From the sequence record OL631481.1: DNA of 64,000 bases; one strand, given 5' to 3'. The stretch comes from Escherichia phage ECML-183-2. A model generated the notes under the pieces. That model saw only the letters and a list, made by a program, of their open reading frames with translations. It was not told the DNA's origin and did not search any database. The position numbers and the translations under genes were made by a program. Shown here one piece after another: positions 17,765 through 26,824 of this stretch (positions are counted from its first letter, which is position 1; the number at the start of each line of letters is the position of its first letter).

Positions 17765-17786
17765 GAAAAAACCCGCCGAAGCGGGT
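17765..17786 (-). terminator. rho-independent terminator (minus strand)
   Basis: rc reads AACCCGC-TTCG-GCGGGTT + TTTTTT. Confidence 0.7.
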
Positions 17787-17831
17787 TCTATTGCTACGAT
17801 AGGATCACTATCCTATAGTATTGTTTCTGTG

Positions 17832-18113
17832 TCAAGCCTTAGCGTAGAAAAACTTCTCATATTCAGATTTTGTTACGATTGTGGGGCAATCTTTTGTTCC
17901 ATCCTCGATAACAGGGGCTTCTACCATTCTGGTGTTGAATAAGCAATAAGTTCCACGCATGTAAATACCCAGTTTTGTTTCTACGATGTGCTCTTTACTT
18001 ACGCTTGAAAACTTAATCTCACCATCGGAGTCTCTTATAGCAATAAGCGCATGTTCGGGCCAATCTTTTCCTTTTGCTCCTAAAGCATTATACAATTCTT
18101 GAACGAGTTCCAT
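17832..18113 (-). CDS. hypothetical protein (93 aa)
   Basis: ORF track. Confidence 0.5.
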   Translation of the reverse strand: MELVQELYNALGAKGKDWPEHALIAIRDSDGEIKFSSVSKEHIVETKLGIYMRGTYCLFNTRMVEAPVIEDGTKDCPTIVTKSEYEKFFYAKA

Positions 18114-18125
18114 ATGACCTCCTTA

Positions 18126-18326
18126 TTAAATAACAAATTTTTCTTCTTCTGGCTTATCATAATCTGGAGAATAAACATGTGCGGGATTAAAACCTTTAAA
18201 ATTTCCGCGACCTTTACGTGGACAGTTGAATGTGCGAGCTTGATGATCCCCAAAAGATTTCCCACAATGCATACATTTAAAATCAGTGCGTTTAGTCATG
18301 CCATATCTCCTTTTAAAAGGCTGCAC
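18126..18326 (-). CDS. small zinc-binding protein (66 aa)
   Basis: CMHCGK ... FNCPRKG cysteine pairs. Confidence 0.5.
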   Translation of the reverse strand: MQPFKRRYGMTKRTDFKCMHCGKSFGDHQARTFNCPRKGRGNFKGFNPAHVYSPDYDKPEEEKFVI

Positions 18327-18351
18327 CTGTTGAAGATGCAGCTTTGATAGA

Positions 18352-18453
18352 TTATTTAGATGAGTCTAAAATGTCTTTTACTTTTGCCGTGATAACGTCT
18401 TGATATTTGTTAATAAGATAGCCTACAACTACACCTACGATAAATGAAACCAT
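18352..18453 (-). CDS. small membrane protein (33 aa)
   Basis: Not in ORF track; AAGGAG RBS; single hydrophobic helix; coordinates hand-derived. Confidence 0.4.
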   Translation of the reverse strand: MVSFIVGVVVGYLINKYQDVITAKVKDILDSSK

Positions 18454-18462
18454 TATTTCTCC

Positions 18463-19071
18463 TTATTTAAGTGGTGAGAGAACAATCTCTCGGTTTTTTA
18501 AGAACCAAAGCACGTCATCTTGATCATAGTCTGATCCCTCTGTAGTAGAATTTTTGATAGAATCAAAAAACCAACGAGGTATACCAAAACAACTTCCAGA
18601 TGACTGCATGTCTTTCTGCGACATTTTAAATGTGATTGGAAAATCACAATTATCAATCTCTCGGATATCTGCTGAAGATAAGATTGTAACTTCAACCAGT
18701 TCGTCGTTAGATGTAGTATCGTTGTCTTCCTGAATAATGTCAAATGCTTTTTGCACATCTTTTGCATCTAATGTTAAACCTGTGGCTTTCTGAAAAGCCG
18801 AAACAAAAATTAGAGCTTCTTCAGAGCAAGGGGCTTCCAGCAAATGAGCCATAATAGGTGACAAGCAAATGTTAAGATCTTTGTCATACCAACGAACAAT
18901 CCACACAGGCGTTGCTCCGTTTTGTTTGTCACGAGCCAAAATTGTAACGTGCTGACCTTCTTCTGGTATATGATACAAACCAGAAAAACCAGGACCTGTA
19001 GTAGATTTTTTGACACGTGCTACGTGTCCAACTTCTAAAGGATCTTTACCATCCCAAATCTTCTCTTCCAT
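18463..19071 (-). CDS. hypothetical protein (202 aa)
   Basis: ORF track. Confidence 0.55.
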   Translation of the reverse strand: MEEKIWDGKDPLEVGHVARVKKSTTGPGFSGLYHIPEEGQHVTILARDKQNGATPVWIVRWYDKDLNICLSPIMAHLLEAPCSEEALIFVSAFQKATGLTLDAKDVQKAFDIIQEDNDTTSNDELVEVTILSSADIREIDNCDFPITFKMSQKDMQSSGSCFGIPRWFFDSIKNSTTEGSDYDQDDVLWFLKNREIVLSPLK

Positions 19072-19079
19072 ATAACCTC

Positions 19080-19343
19080 CTAAATAACATCTTTGAAATA
19101 GTGAATCACTTCAATATTATGGTACAAAGTGCTTCGCTCTTTTGTGTACTCTGTTTTAGTAACAAACACTTTTGCAATACCGTACTTATGTGCTGGTAGG
19201 TTTGGATTGGTTTGCATAATTTCTTTCACTACATTTATAGTTTCGTGCTCGGATTCCCAATAAGTGAAGTAACCCTCACTATCAACGATTAAAGACTCGT
19301 TTTCAAGATCTACAAAACAGAAAAATATTGACGGATGGCTCAT
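19080..19343 (-). CDS. hypothetical protein (87 aa)
   Basis: ORF track; ATGA overlap with upstream gene. Confidence 0.5.
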   Translation of the reverse strand: MSHPSIFFCFVDLENESLIVDSEGYFTYWESEHETINVVKEIMQTNPNLPAHKYGIAKVFVTKTEYTKERSTLYHNIEVIHYFKDVI

Positions 19344-19507
19344 TCTTTTTCTTCAACCTTCCTCAAAGCTTTTTGATCGAATATGGCGTGTTGCAATTCC
19401 CCGTTTTCATCGAACCAAGTTACTTTACAAGATTCACCATAACTTTCTATTACTGTCATTCGTTTGTTTGCACCTTTAAGGCAAACCACATCACCTACTT
19501 GCATCAT
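19340..19507 (-). CDS. DUF2158 (YodC-like) small protein (55 aa)
   Basis: Not in ORF track; GDVVCLKGANKRMTV ... CKVTWFDENGELQ resembles YodC family; ATGA overlaps both neighbours. Confidence 0.45.
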   Translation of the reverse strand: MMQVGDVVCLKGANKRMTVIESYGESCKVTWFDENGELQHAIFDQKALRKVEEKE

Positions 19508-19953
19508 GATTGAGTTCCTTTTTGTTTTTCAATAGCTGCACGAATTTCTGCTAAAGGTTCTGCTACCAAGTCTTCAACTTCTTGGATTTGTTCATTCATC
19601 ACATCACGAACCATTTGAATACGCTCTTCAAGGGAAACAGCAAGTTCATCTGCATAAGCCATATTAAGAACGTGGTAGAAATTTTCTTGTGCACTTAAAG
19701 CACCAGATAACAAATAATCCTGATCTTCCTCTGGTAAAAGCATGTGTTGCTCATATTCAGCAAAAGTGTTTTTGTTAATCTCAAGCAAAGCACCCATCAT
19801 AACATCATACTGATAATTTTTATGACCAGGATTGTTTAAAATAATATCTTCAAAGATATTAAGAAGAATCTTAGTAACAAAAGCATTGTTTTCGGCACCT
19901 TCCATCTGACGGATTACCGTGATTACTTCTTTTTCTTTAGCGTTTTGGCTCAT
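19504..19953 (-). CDS. hypothetical protein (149 aa)
   Basis: ORF track. Confidence 0.5.
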   Translation of the reverse strand: MSQNAKEKEVITVIRQMEGAENNAFVTKILLNIFEDIILNNPGHKNYQYDVMMGALLEINKNTFAEYEQHMLLPEEDQDYLLSGALSAQENFYHVLNMAYADELAVSLEERIQMVRDVMNEQIQEVEDLVAEPLAEIRAAIEKQKGTQS

Positions 19954-20143
19954 AGTGTTTCTCCTCTGATTCTATTTCGATATAGCCTGTGGTTTTGCAC
20001 GGGTTACACTCGTAAATTTGACCTACATCCGCCATAACATATCCTTCACCACCACAATAGGGGCAAGGCATAGGAGGACAAGGTATGGACGTAATGATTG
20101 TTACGACATTATCAATTTTCAACATTTTCGCCATTATTACCAT
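19937..20143 (-). CDS. small zinc-ribbon protein (68 aa)
   Basis: CPYCGGEG ... CNPCKTTG. Confidence 0.45.
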   Translation of the reverse strand: MVIMAKMLKIDNVVTIITSIPCPPMPCPYCGGEGYVMADVGQIYECNPCKTTGYIEIESEEKHYEPKR

Positions 20144-20385
20144 TCCGCTATTAACGTCAAACCAAGTGCATCGTTAAAACGCTCAACATTTGAGTATAGG
20201 TATGGAGGGGTTATTTGCTCTAAAATCTGTGCTGCTTCCACTTGGTGCTCTATGTTTTGAGAAGTTCGGGCATAAACTAAGACACCCATTTTATTCAAAA
20301 TAAAAACAGAATCAGACCCATCCAGCTTATCAACGGCTGCATACATTTTAGTCATATCTTCTCCTGGATTACCATTCAGCAACAA
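20137..20385 (-). CDS. hypothetical protein (82 aa)
   Basis: ORF track; C-terminus LIAEW. Confidence 0.45.
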   Translation of the reverse strand: MLLNGNPGEDMTKMYAAVDKLDGSDSVFILNKMGVLVYARTSQNIEHQVEAAQILEQITPPYLYSNVERFNDALGLTLIAEW

Positions 20386-20584
20386 GACTAGGATTCATAG
20401 CAAAAGCTTTGAAAGTTGTTATGTCATGACTAACATTAAAACTAACACCTTTTACTTTCTCTAATATTTGAACTTTCGTCTCTCCGTCCCACGGTAGGAT
20501 GATAACACCATCTTCTGTGATCAACCACCAATGGTTCTCTCCATCTCGTGAATCTTTTGCTTTGTATAGAAAATTGGAACTCAT
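20369..20584 (-). CDS. hypothetical protein (71 aa)
   Basis: ORF track; C-terminus LVAEW similar to neighbour. Confidence 0.45.
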   Translation of the reverse strand: MSSNFLYKAKDSRDGENHWWLITEDGVIILPWDGETKVQILEKVKGVSFNVSHDITTFKAFAMNPSLVAEW

Positions 20585-20786
20585 TCTTCCTCCTGTTCGG
20601 TATTATTCACCTGTGAGACACAATGTAACACAAGCTTTGTGAGTTTGTCAAGGATCTAATTACATTCTACACAAGAAGAGGGGTTAATAACTATAGGAAT
20701 AGTCTCACTATAGGTGCAATACTAGTTAAGAGTTAGATTGATAGGTAAGACTTATCTTAAACAGATAATTGATAGGTGAGTCACCA

Positions 20787-20815
20787 TTGACTTTTTCAAA
20801 AAAGTATGGTACCCT
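20787..20815 (+). promoter_or_regulatory. extended -10 promoter-like element (copy A of a repeated ~60-bp unit)
   Basis: TTGACT-N14-TGg-TACCCT followed by conserved GAGCGATAGCGAGTA at 20830-20844; near-identical copy at 55124-55181. Confidence 0.4.
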
Positions 20816-20945
20816 AAACATATGTTTACGAGCGATAGCGAGTAGTAGATTTCTATATAATAATGTTTCATGTTACTCACGACAGTGAGGTATGAAACGT
20901 AAGTTAAGGTAGATAAACTATGATCATCTATCTACCATCTATTAA

Positions 20946-21155
20946 TCAATATAGATCTAATGTTAGACTAACAGTTATCCAACAAACAATAGCAGTCCAT
21001 ATAACAAGTAATGATCTACAAACTACATCCCATTCAAATACATTGTATGTTAACCATTCTCCCATCACAACAGAAGAACCTAACCAACATCCAACAATAA
21101 CTATAATCCAATAAAAGAATCCTACAGTAGAGTATACAGCAAAAGCTTTTAACAT
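20946..21155 (-). CDS. small membrane protein (69 aa)
   Basis: GGAGG RBS; hydrophobic; overlaps start of next gene. Confidence 0.45.
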   Translation of the reverse strand: MLKAFAVYSTVGFFYWIIVIVGCWLGSSVVMGEWLTYNVFEWDVVCRSLLVIWTAIVCWITVSLTLDLY

Positions 21156-21568
21156 CTTTCCTCCAAAAGTTGTTCAACAGTTTGACGAGTATGATTGTCC
21201 CAGTAAACCTTAGTGAAGTCAAGAGTTCCTTGTTCGTTTCTCTTAGTTTCGAAGAAGTATCCGCCTTCTCTTTCTACTCTGTCTCTAATGTGCTCTATGA
21301 GGTGCTTTTTACAAGATGCTGATAAACAGTGGTCATATTCCCCACGAAGCAATGCTATAGCTGCAAGCCTGTTATCACCAACTTGAGATATTGTCCAAGA
21401 AAGCATACTACCTTTTATACCTAAAGGTGTTTGTCGAATGGAATATCCACCATGCCTACTGATAGAAATTATGGCAAGTGGTTCTCCTGTTAGGGATCTT
21501 CCTAATGCACCTTCTGTTGGACTTCCTTCAATAACACGTTTGAAAAAGGCTTTGATCTTACCTAACAT
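21149..21568 (-). CDS. hypothetical protein (139 aa)
   Basis: ORF track; no confident domain. Confidence 0.5.
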   Translation of the reverse strand: MLGKIKAFFKRVIEGSPTEGALGRSLTGEPLAIISISRHGGYSIRQTPLGIKGSMLSWTISQVGDNRLAAIALLRGEYDHCLSASCKKHLIEHIRDRVEREGGYFFETKRNEQGTLDFTKVYWDNHTRQTVEQLLEERC

Positions 21569-21712
21569 AAGTCCCCCTTAAAAATTTACTTGTTTAAAGT
21601 ATCTCTTACTTGTTCTGCTTGACGTTTAGTAATAAAAGTCCCAACCGAAACGTTAAACTCATTGACTACAGAGAACGATCCATCACGGTTCTCACGAATA
21701 TTAAACAATTTC

Positions 21713-22240
21713 TTACTCATTTCTACCTCCTTCAATGCTTTGTGCCGTACCATCCCAAGCCATTAGAATGTTTTCCAATAGTTCACGAGGCTCTTTAAAC
21801 CAAACTTCCATTTCATCAAGGATCTCGTCCGTGTCGTAAGTATAACCTGGAACACCAAGTTCACATTTCTTAAGATAGCTTTCTAACCAGCGGTGATAAT
21901 TCTTAACCCATTCATACTGTGCTACCTTTTCTTTTACCCAATCTACACGATCTTTATCATAATGTTGAGTGCCAAGGAAAAAACCATTGTGGAAACTTTC
22001 CTCACCGAAAGGATAAATTGGATCTAAACCATCTTCTTCAAATAACATTTTTAATCTGTTTGATGTAGATTTCTTAGTTTCTGAATTGTAGTTTGTGGTT
22101 ATAAGCCAATCTTCCAAACAACGACACAAACCTTGACGAGAATCCCAAGGAAAAACACAATCTCCGACAGGAGCTTGTTTCGCCCATTTCAACCAGCCTT
22201 TAAAAAAGTTATACAGTATGTAGTCTTCAGTGTAATACAT
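21713..22240 (-). CDS. member of a six-copy paralogous family (FY..WL..GAP ... CHLN ... WVK)
   Basis: Start moved to ATG with AAGGAGG RBS; shares N- and C-terminal family motifs. Confidence 0.5.
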   Translation of the reverse strand: MYYTEDYILYNFFKGWLKWAKQAPVGDCVFPWDSRQGLCRCLEDWLITTNYNSETKKSTSNRLKMLFEEDGLDPIYPFGEESFHNGFFLGTQHYDKDRVDWVKEKVAQYEWVKNYHRWLESYLKKCELGVPGYTYDTDEILDEMEVWFKEPRELLENILMAWDGTAQSIEGGRNE

Positions 22241-22291
22241 TATCTCCTCCTTTACGTATACAATAACACCCCGAAGAACGGGGTGCAACTG

Positions 22292-22903
22292 TTATTTAAT
22301 CTGTTTGAAAATTTCGTTTGGAACGGTACCGTTTAAAATACCTTCTACGATCTCTTGTGCAGATGTGTAAGAGAGTCCAAAAGAAGCTACGCCTAAAATT
22401 GCCTCCTTCAAAGGATCTGGCAGGGGTTCAAAATTACCTGCAACAAAGCCACCTGCACAAGCAGCGCCTTCATCATCCCAGAAAACAACTGCTACATCGT
22501 TACCATGCGAAGTTGTGCGATGTGCAATAACTTCAACTTCGGTGCCTTCTTTAGGAACAGAATAAGAACTGTCCCAAGAATATCTTTCCAAGTCAGGAAC
22601 AAAGATAACCTTTTCACCTACTGGCGGCAGTTCACAACGATAATACCAAGAATTTTTTTCGTTCATTGCTTTATTTTCCTCCACGTCTTCAAAAGTAACG
22701 ATCCAATCGTAGCCGTAAGAAAACGGATATTTTAGATCTAAAGAATAAGTTTGACCTAGATCGTCCTCAACAAGAACCATCCTGTCAAAGTTTGCGATGT
22801 TAGGATTATGTTTAATGACAGGGTATGTTTCCCCTACAGTAAATTGTCCTAAATGGTAAAGTTCATCTCTCCAAGTAATTTGGACATAAGTGCATTGAAT
22901 CAT
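22292..22903 (-). CDS. hypothetical protein (203 aa)
   Basis: ORF track. Confidence 0.5.
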   Translation of the reverse strand: MIQCTYVQITWRDELYHLGQFTVGETYPVIKHNPNIANFDRMVLVEDDLGQTYSLDLKYPFSYGYDWIVTFEDVEENKAMNEKNSWYYRCELPPVGEKVIFVPDLERYSWDSSYSVPKEGTEVEVIAHRTTSHGNDVAVVFWDDEGAACAGGFVAGNFEPLPDPLKEAILGVASFGLSYTSAQEIVEGILNGTVPNEIFKQIK

Positions 22904-22907
22904 AAAA

Positions 22908-23180
22908 TCACCCCCAAGAAATATTTATATATCTTACAATGTTTGCACTGTCTAAAGCCATGTTTGCACCACACCCACGCTCGCGCCAGTAACTAACAAT
23001 ACCTTCACAGATACTCTCTTGTATCTTCTTATCACTTGGCATTTCTAGTATAAGACTTGGGTTGTGGATGTTTATGTTATAATATCCTTCCTCTGCGGCT
23101 TGAGCTACCAATTTACTTACTTTTTCAAAGTACGGGGAATTAGTGGCATCTGCTATTGTTTTTAAGGTTTGTCTATCCAT
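22908..23180 (-). CDS. hypothetical protein (90 aa)
   Basis: ORF track. Confidence 0.5.
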   Translation of the reverse strand: MDRQTLKTIADATNSPYFEKVSKLVAQAAEEGYYNINIHNPSLILEMPSDKKIQESICEGIVSYWRERGCGANMALDSANIVRYINISWG

Positions 23181-23545
23181 TATTCTGCCTCATCATAGAA
23201 GAAATCCAACTCTTGTTCCAGTTGTTTAACTTGATCCTTAACCCACTGTACACGTTTTTCATTAAACATGCAACGTTTTTCCTTACACTCTTGCTCAAAA
23301 GATTTTGCTGTGTTAAACGGGAAAGTTGTATCTAAACCAGCATTTTCAAAACTGGCTAATTGCATACCATAAACAGAATATGCTAAAGAATGATCGGCTC
23401 GAAATTCATCACTTATATACATACGTAGACCTCGGCATAAGCCAACATCAGCGTAACCACTTTCTCTTGGAAAGAGACGGAGGTGTTCTAACCAATTATT
23501 ATAGAAATCTAAAAGAATCCTCTTACACTTCAAATCGATTGTCAT
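23180..23545 (-). CDS. member of six-copy paralogous family
   Basis: LLDFYNNWLEHL ... TFPFN ... RVQWVKDQV; start moved to ATG with AAGGAG RBS. Confidence 0.5.
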   Translation of the reverse strand: MTIDLKCKRILLDFYNNWLEHLRLFPRESGYADVGLCRGLRMYISDEFRADHSLAYSVYGMQLASFENAGLDTTFPFNTAKSFEQECKEKRCMFNEKRVQWVKDQVKQLEQELDFFYDEAE

Positions 23546-23945
23546 AAAAAGTTTCTCCTTCATCGAACAAGTTGGCAAGATTGTTCACGGCAATCTGGGT
23601 GGAAAGAAGACAACTGTTTGCAGACACATAAGCACGAGCTATTTTGTAAACATAGGCTTTCGTATTACAATTGTCTAGGATCGGAAGACTTTCGTCGATA
23701 GCATCTATAACACTAAACATCACATCTAAAACTTTAATTGTAAGTATTGTATCTATATCTTCGTAACCTTTTTCAATCCGACCTGAATAGAAAGCATAGT
23801 CCTCAACAGTTCGTCGTTTAAACTGGCGCATAAAATCGGAACCATCTGTAGTAGAATTGAACAAATTTTCAAAAAATACCTCCCATCCGGCAAAAAGGGC
23901 TGACAGCATGATTAAGTGATCTACAGATTCATTTTCTTGTTTCAT
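23523..23945 (-). CDS. hypothetical protein (140 aa)
   Basis: ORF track. Confidence 0.5.
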   Translation of the reverse strand: MKQENESVDHLIMLSALFAGWEVFFENLFNSTTDGSDFMRQFKRRTVEDYAFYSGRIEKGYEDIDTILTIKVLDVMFSVIDAIDESLPILDNCNTKAYVYKIARAYVSANSCLLSTQIAVNNLANLFDEGETFYDNRFEV

Positions 23946-23953
23946 ATCCTCTC

Positions 23954-24631
23954 CTATTTAATGTTCAATCTAGCACACAAGCGAGAAACAGTTTTAGCAT
24001 CCCACTTACCACCACGTGCTGTTGCGATTTTCTTACTATTGAATTTTTCAGCAATAGTTTTGTAAGGTGTATTTAAATCTCTAAGGATCTCCAAGCGTTC
24101 ACGAAATGTCTCTGCAAAAGCGTCTGCTTTAACAGAATTGTATTCCATTTTTCCTTTTCTACGTGCAGCGGCAGTTTTAGGATTAGCACTGCCTAACAAA
24201 ACACCTTTGCTTTTTGCTACAGCAAGACCCTTTTTAATACGATCAGCAATACCTCTAACTTCTTGTTCAGCCAGAACAGACAGAAGCTGTATAACCATTT
24301 TATCTGCGTCTGGCATGATGGCTATCTTAACATCGATCATTTCTAGAAGAGTTGCTACGGAGGCGTTGTTACGACCCAAGCGGTCAACTTTAGCTACCAA
24401 TAAAGTTGCTCCGGTAGCTTTACACATTTCAACCGCTTTAACCAGTTCCTTACGTTGCTTCCAATCGCCCTTACCAGAATAGTATTCAGAAAATTGACCA
24501 ATAACTTCAGCATCAGGCACAGAGTCTAAGAAGTAACGGATATCGTTCTCTTGGCTCTCCATACCATATTGTGCCTCACCTTTTTTCTGTTTAGAAAGAC
24601 GACTGTAAACAACAAACTTTTTCATAACCAC
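23954..24631 (-). CDS. serine recombinase (resolvase/invertase family)
   Basis: VVYSRLSK with nucleophile Ser, LLVAKVDRLGRN, LAEQEVRGIADRIKKGL, C-terminal RGGKW..TVSRL. Confidence 0.8.
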   Translation of the reverse strand: MVMKKFVVYSRLSKQKKGEAQYGMESQENDIRYFLDSVPDAEVIGQFSEYYSGKGDWKQRKELVKAVEMCKATGATLLVAKVDRLGRNNASVATLLEMIDVKIAIMPDADKMVIQLLSVLAEQEVRGIADRIKKGLAVAKSKGVLLGSANPKTAAARRKGKMEYNSVKADAFAETFRERLEILRDLNTPYKTIAEKFNSKKIATARGGKWDAKTVSRLCARLNIK

Positions 24632-24654
24632 TCCTAAACCATTGCTGTATTCTC

Positions 24655-24683
24655 ACTTTACAAAACGAATAAACACTTGTCAA
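24655..24683 (-). promoter_or_regulatory. sigma70-type promoter for the recombinase gene
   Basis: rc reads TTGACA - 17 bp - TAAAGT. Confidence 0.5.
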
Positions 24684-24695
24684 GGTATTTATTAT

Positions 24696-24908
24696 TTACA
24701 GCCATTCTACTTTTAAGCAGTATTCTTCGACATGTTGTTTACGCTTGTTTTTGTCTATGTAAGTGTATTCAACAAATGTCCCAAGATAATCCTTGTCCAC
24801 ATTGTGTTGGCTATTAATTGGACATTTAGTACGACAAACCCGTTGCCACTGACGAAGAATTACGGCTTTGTTTTTAGGATCAAAGGGATGAGGGTAATGT
24901 GCCTTCAT
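24696..24908 (-). CDS. hypothetical protein (70 aa)
   Basis: ORF track. Confidence 0.45.
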   Translation of the reverse strand: MKAHYPHPFDPKNKAVILRQWQRVCRTKCPINSQHNVDKDYLGTFVEYTYIDKNKRKQHVEEYCLKVEWL

Positions 24909-25232
24909 TCACGCCTCCTGTTTTAGTCGAAAAATATTTTGAATAACGAGAGATGTATAGTTATCACTTAGTCCCATAAGTTCTACTTCCAAGTTTCGAA
25001 TATCTTCCACCGTAGGAGGATATGTTGGTAAAAATGCTTGAGCATTGCCAGATCCAACCTCATTGCTGTAAGCAGTTGTAAAATTGTAAGATACAAAACA
25101 TGAAACACCTTTTTGTCGGTACCCGATTAATCGACGAATACACCAGATAAGAGCCAAACCTATGAGAACACCTCCTAAACCAGCTAACAAGAAGGATAAG
25201 TTCATAATAGCTTCGTTAACAACTGCTTGCAT
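24909..25232 (-). CDS. membrane-anchored protein (107 aa)
   Basis: N-terminal hydrophobic segment LSFLLAGLGGVLIGLALIW. Confidence 0.5.
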   Translation of the reverse strand: MQAVVNEAIMNLSFLLAGLGGVLIGLALIWCIRRLIGYRQKGVSCFVSYNFTTAYSNEVGSGNAQAFLPTYPPTVEDIRNLEVELMGLSDNYTSLVIQNIFRLKQEA

Positions 25233-25242
25233 TCTTTTCTCC

Positions 25243-25542
25243 TTAGTTATGTAAACCCAAATGTGCTACAACTTCTCTACGATAAGATAACTGCATAGCG
25301 ATTTTATAGCCAGGATGAAAACCATTTACATCAATGTCATCAAACCAAACCTCAAACGAACCGTGCTTAAGAGTCATTAAGTTGATATACCATTCGATAA
25401 TATAATGATCGTCAGCAATACCTTCGATGTAAAATTCTCGGCAACAGTGAGATAGGTCTTCACTTGTTTCACGTTTCCAGTCTTTGATAGCACCCTTCTC
25501 TTTGGCTTTATTCAGAATCTTGATCAGGTCTTCAACTTGCAT
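25243..25542 (-). CDS. hypothetical protein (99 aa)
   Basis: ORF track; sigma70 promoter upstream. Confidence 0.5.
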   Translation of the reverse strand: MQVEDLIKILNKAKEKGAIKDWKRETSEDLSHCCREFYIEGIADDHYIIEWYINLMTLKHGSFEVWFDDIDVNGFHPGYKIAMQLSYRREVVAHLGLHN

Positions 25543-25596
25543 GTTTCTCTCCTTTTGTGGTTAATCTTTATATTTTAAATATTGTACCGTCTTCTG

Positions 25597-26010
25597 TCAA
25601 ATAGCCTCTTTCTCTAAAACAACTCTTTGGATCACAACATCTTCAATGTTTGCCAAACAATGACCCAAAGTCAATCCTGCCTTGAAAGGTGCTTGTAGTT
25701 TGGATTCGGCTTCTACGCGAACAGAATGTTCCGCTCCGCACATGGTGTAATCTACACGGTAAACATTTAAACCTAAGAACATAGATTCTTCTTCTTCACA
25801 ACAAGGATTGAGTTCAGCCCATTCCCAAGCATCTCCTTCTAAAGCAAATGGAGTGTTGTAATTGAAGAAAGTGCAGCGCGGATATTCCCCGTTGAAAGAA
25901 TCTTTCAACAGGATATATTTCTTACCATTTGCATGGAAGAGTTCTCCTTTGATAACCTTACCTACAAGGATATCACTGTTAGTGGAACGGGTGCAAATAA
26001 ATTTTTTCAT
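25597..26010 (-). CDS. hypothetical protein (137 aa)
   Basis: ORF track; sigma70 promoter upstream. Confidence 0.5.
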   Translation of the reverse strand: MKKFICTRSTNSDILVGKVIKGELFHANGKKYILLKDSFNGEYPRCTFFNYNTPFALEGDAWEWAELNPCCEEEESMFLGLNVYRVDYTMCGAEHSVRVEAESKLQAPFKAGLTLGHCLANIEDVVIQRVVLEKEAI

Positions 26011-26064
26011 GATTTTCTCCTCTCTGTTTCGATGAGATGATTATGACAAAGACAGATCCTTCTG

Positions 26065-26391
26065 TCAACCAATTATTTCTTCTGCTACACGTTCTTTTAC
26101 CCAGTTCACACGATCCACATTCAAATGACAACGGCTTTTTTCCGCTTCTAAGGTGTACTTTCCAAAATTACTGTTGAAAGGCAACACCATAACCAAACCT
26201 TTGAGGTAGAACTGCTCATGCATTTCATCCAGTACAGGTTCGTATCGTTCGCTTTCTCCTATGTCGTAAAAATCATAGAGGTTCGTGCACAAACCTGTGC
26301 AACGGGTGAACGGTTCACCTTCAGGAGCACCAGCTTCCAACCATGCCAAATACGTGCGGTAAAATGTTAATAGTTCTTCGCTCATTTCCAC
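26065..26391 (-). CDS. member of six-copy paralogous family
   Basis: LLTFYRTYLAWLEAGAPEGEPF ... LPFN ... CHLNVDRVNWVKERVA. Confidence 0.5.
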   Translation of the reverse strand: MEMSEELLTFYRTYLAWLEAGAPEGEPFTRCTGLCTNLYDFYDIGESERYEPVLDEMHEQFYLKGLVMVLPFNSNFGKYTLEAEKSRCHLNVDRVNWVKERVAEEIIG

Positions 26392-26594
26392 TCTCCTTCG
26401 TGATAGTAAACCTCAAAAGAATAGTAAGTGAACATGCTCATTGTAACACCTGCCATTTCTGGATCAAAGGGGGTGTTGTTATACATGTCAACTACTGCCT
26501 GACCCGCTGCTTTGGCATGTGCTGCTGAATCACAGGCACAAACATCTTTCTCCCACGGAAACTTGCCATCATACTTAAGACGGACAATCCACAT
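26382..26594 (-). CDS. hypothetical protein (70 aa)
   Basis: ORF track. Confidence 0.45.
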   Translation of the reverse strand: MWIVRLKYDGKFPWEKDVCACDSAAHAKAAGQAVVDMYNNTPFDPEMAGVTMSMFTYYSFEVYYHEGEWK

Positions 26595-26596
26595 GC

Positions 26597-26824
26597 TTAT
26601 TCCTCCATCTCAAACCATTCAGGGAACACTTTATGGAAGACACGGGTTGTTTCCAAAAGGAATTCCAATTCTTTTTCCAGATCTGCGTTCCAATCGTGCA
26701 CTTTAACATTGATTGCCAATGCACTTGCACGGCGACTTAATTCTTGACAGATTGGATCACGCAGAACTATTGAGTCGTAAAACTGACAAACAGCTTCAAG
26801 TTCATACCAGTTATAATCCGACAT
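26597..26824 (-). CDS. hypothetical protein (75 aa)
   Basis: ORF track. Confidence 0.45.
   Translation of the reverse strand: MSDYNWYELEAVCQFYDSIVLRDPICQELSRRASALAINVKVHDWNADLEKELEFLLETTRVFHKVFPEWFEMEE

Noticed and set aside
23954-24631. Integrated prophage or transposon carrying the serine recombinase
   Set aside because: No transposase, att-like direct repeats or compositional break around the gene; it sits in the same operon-like array as its neighbours.
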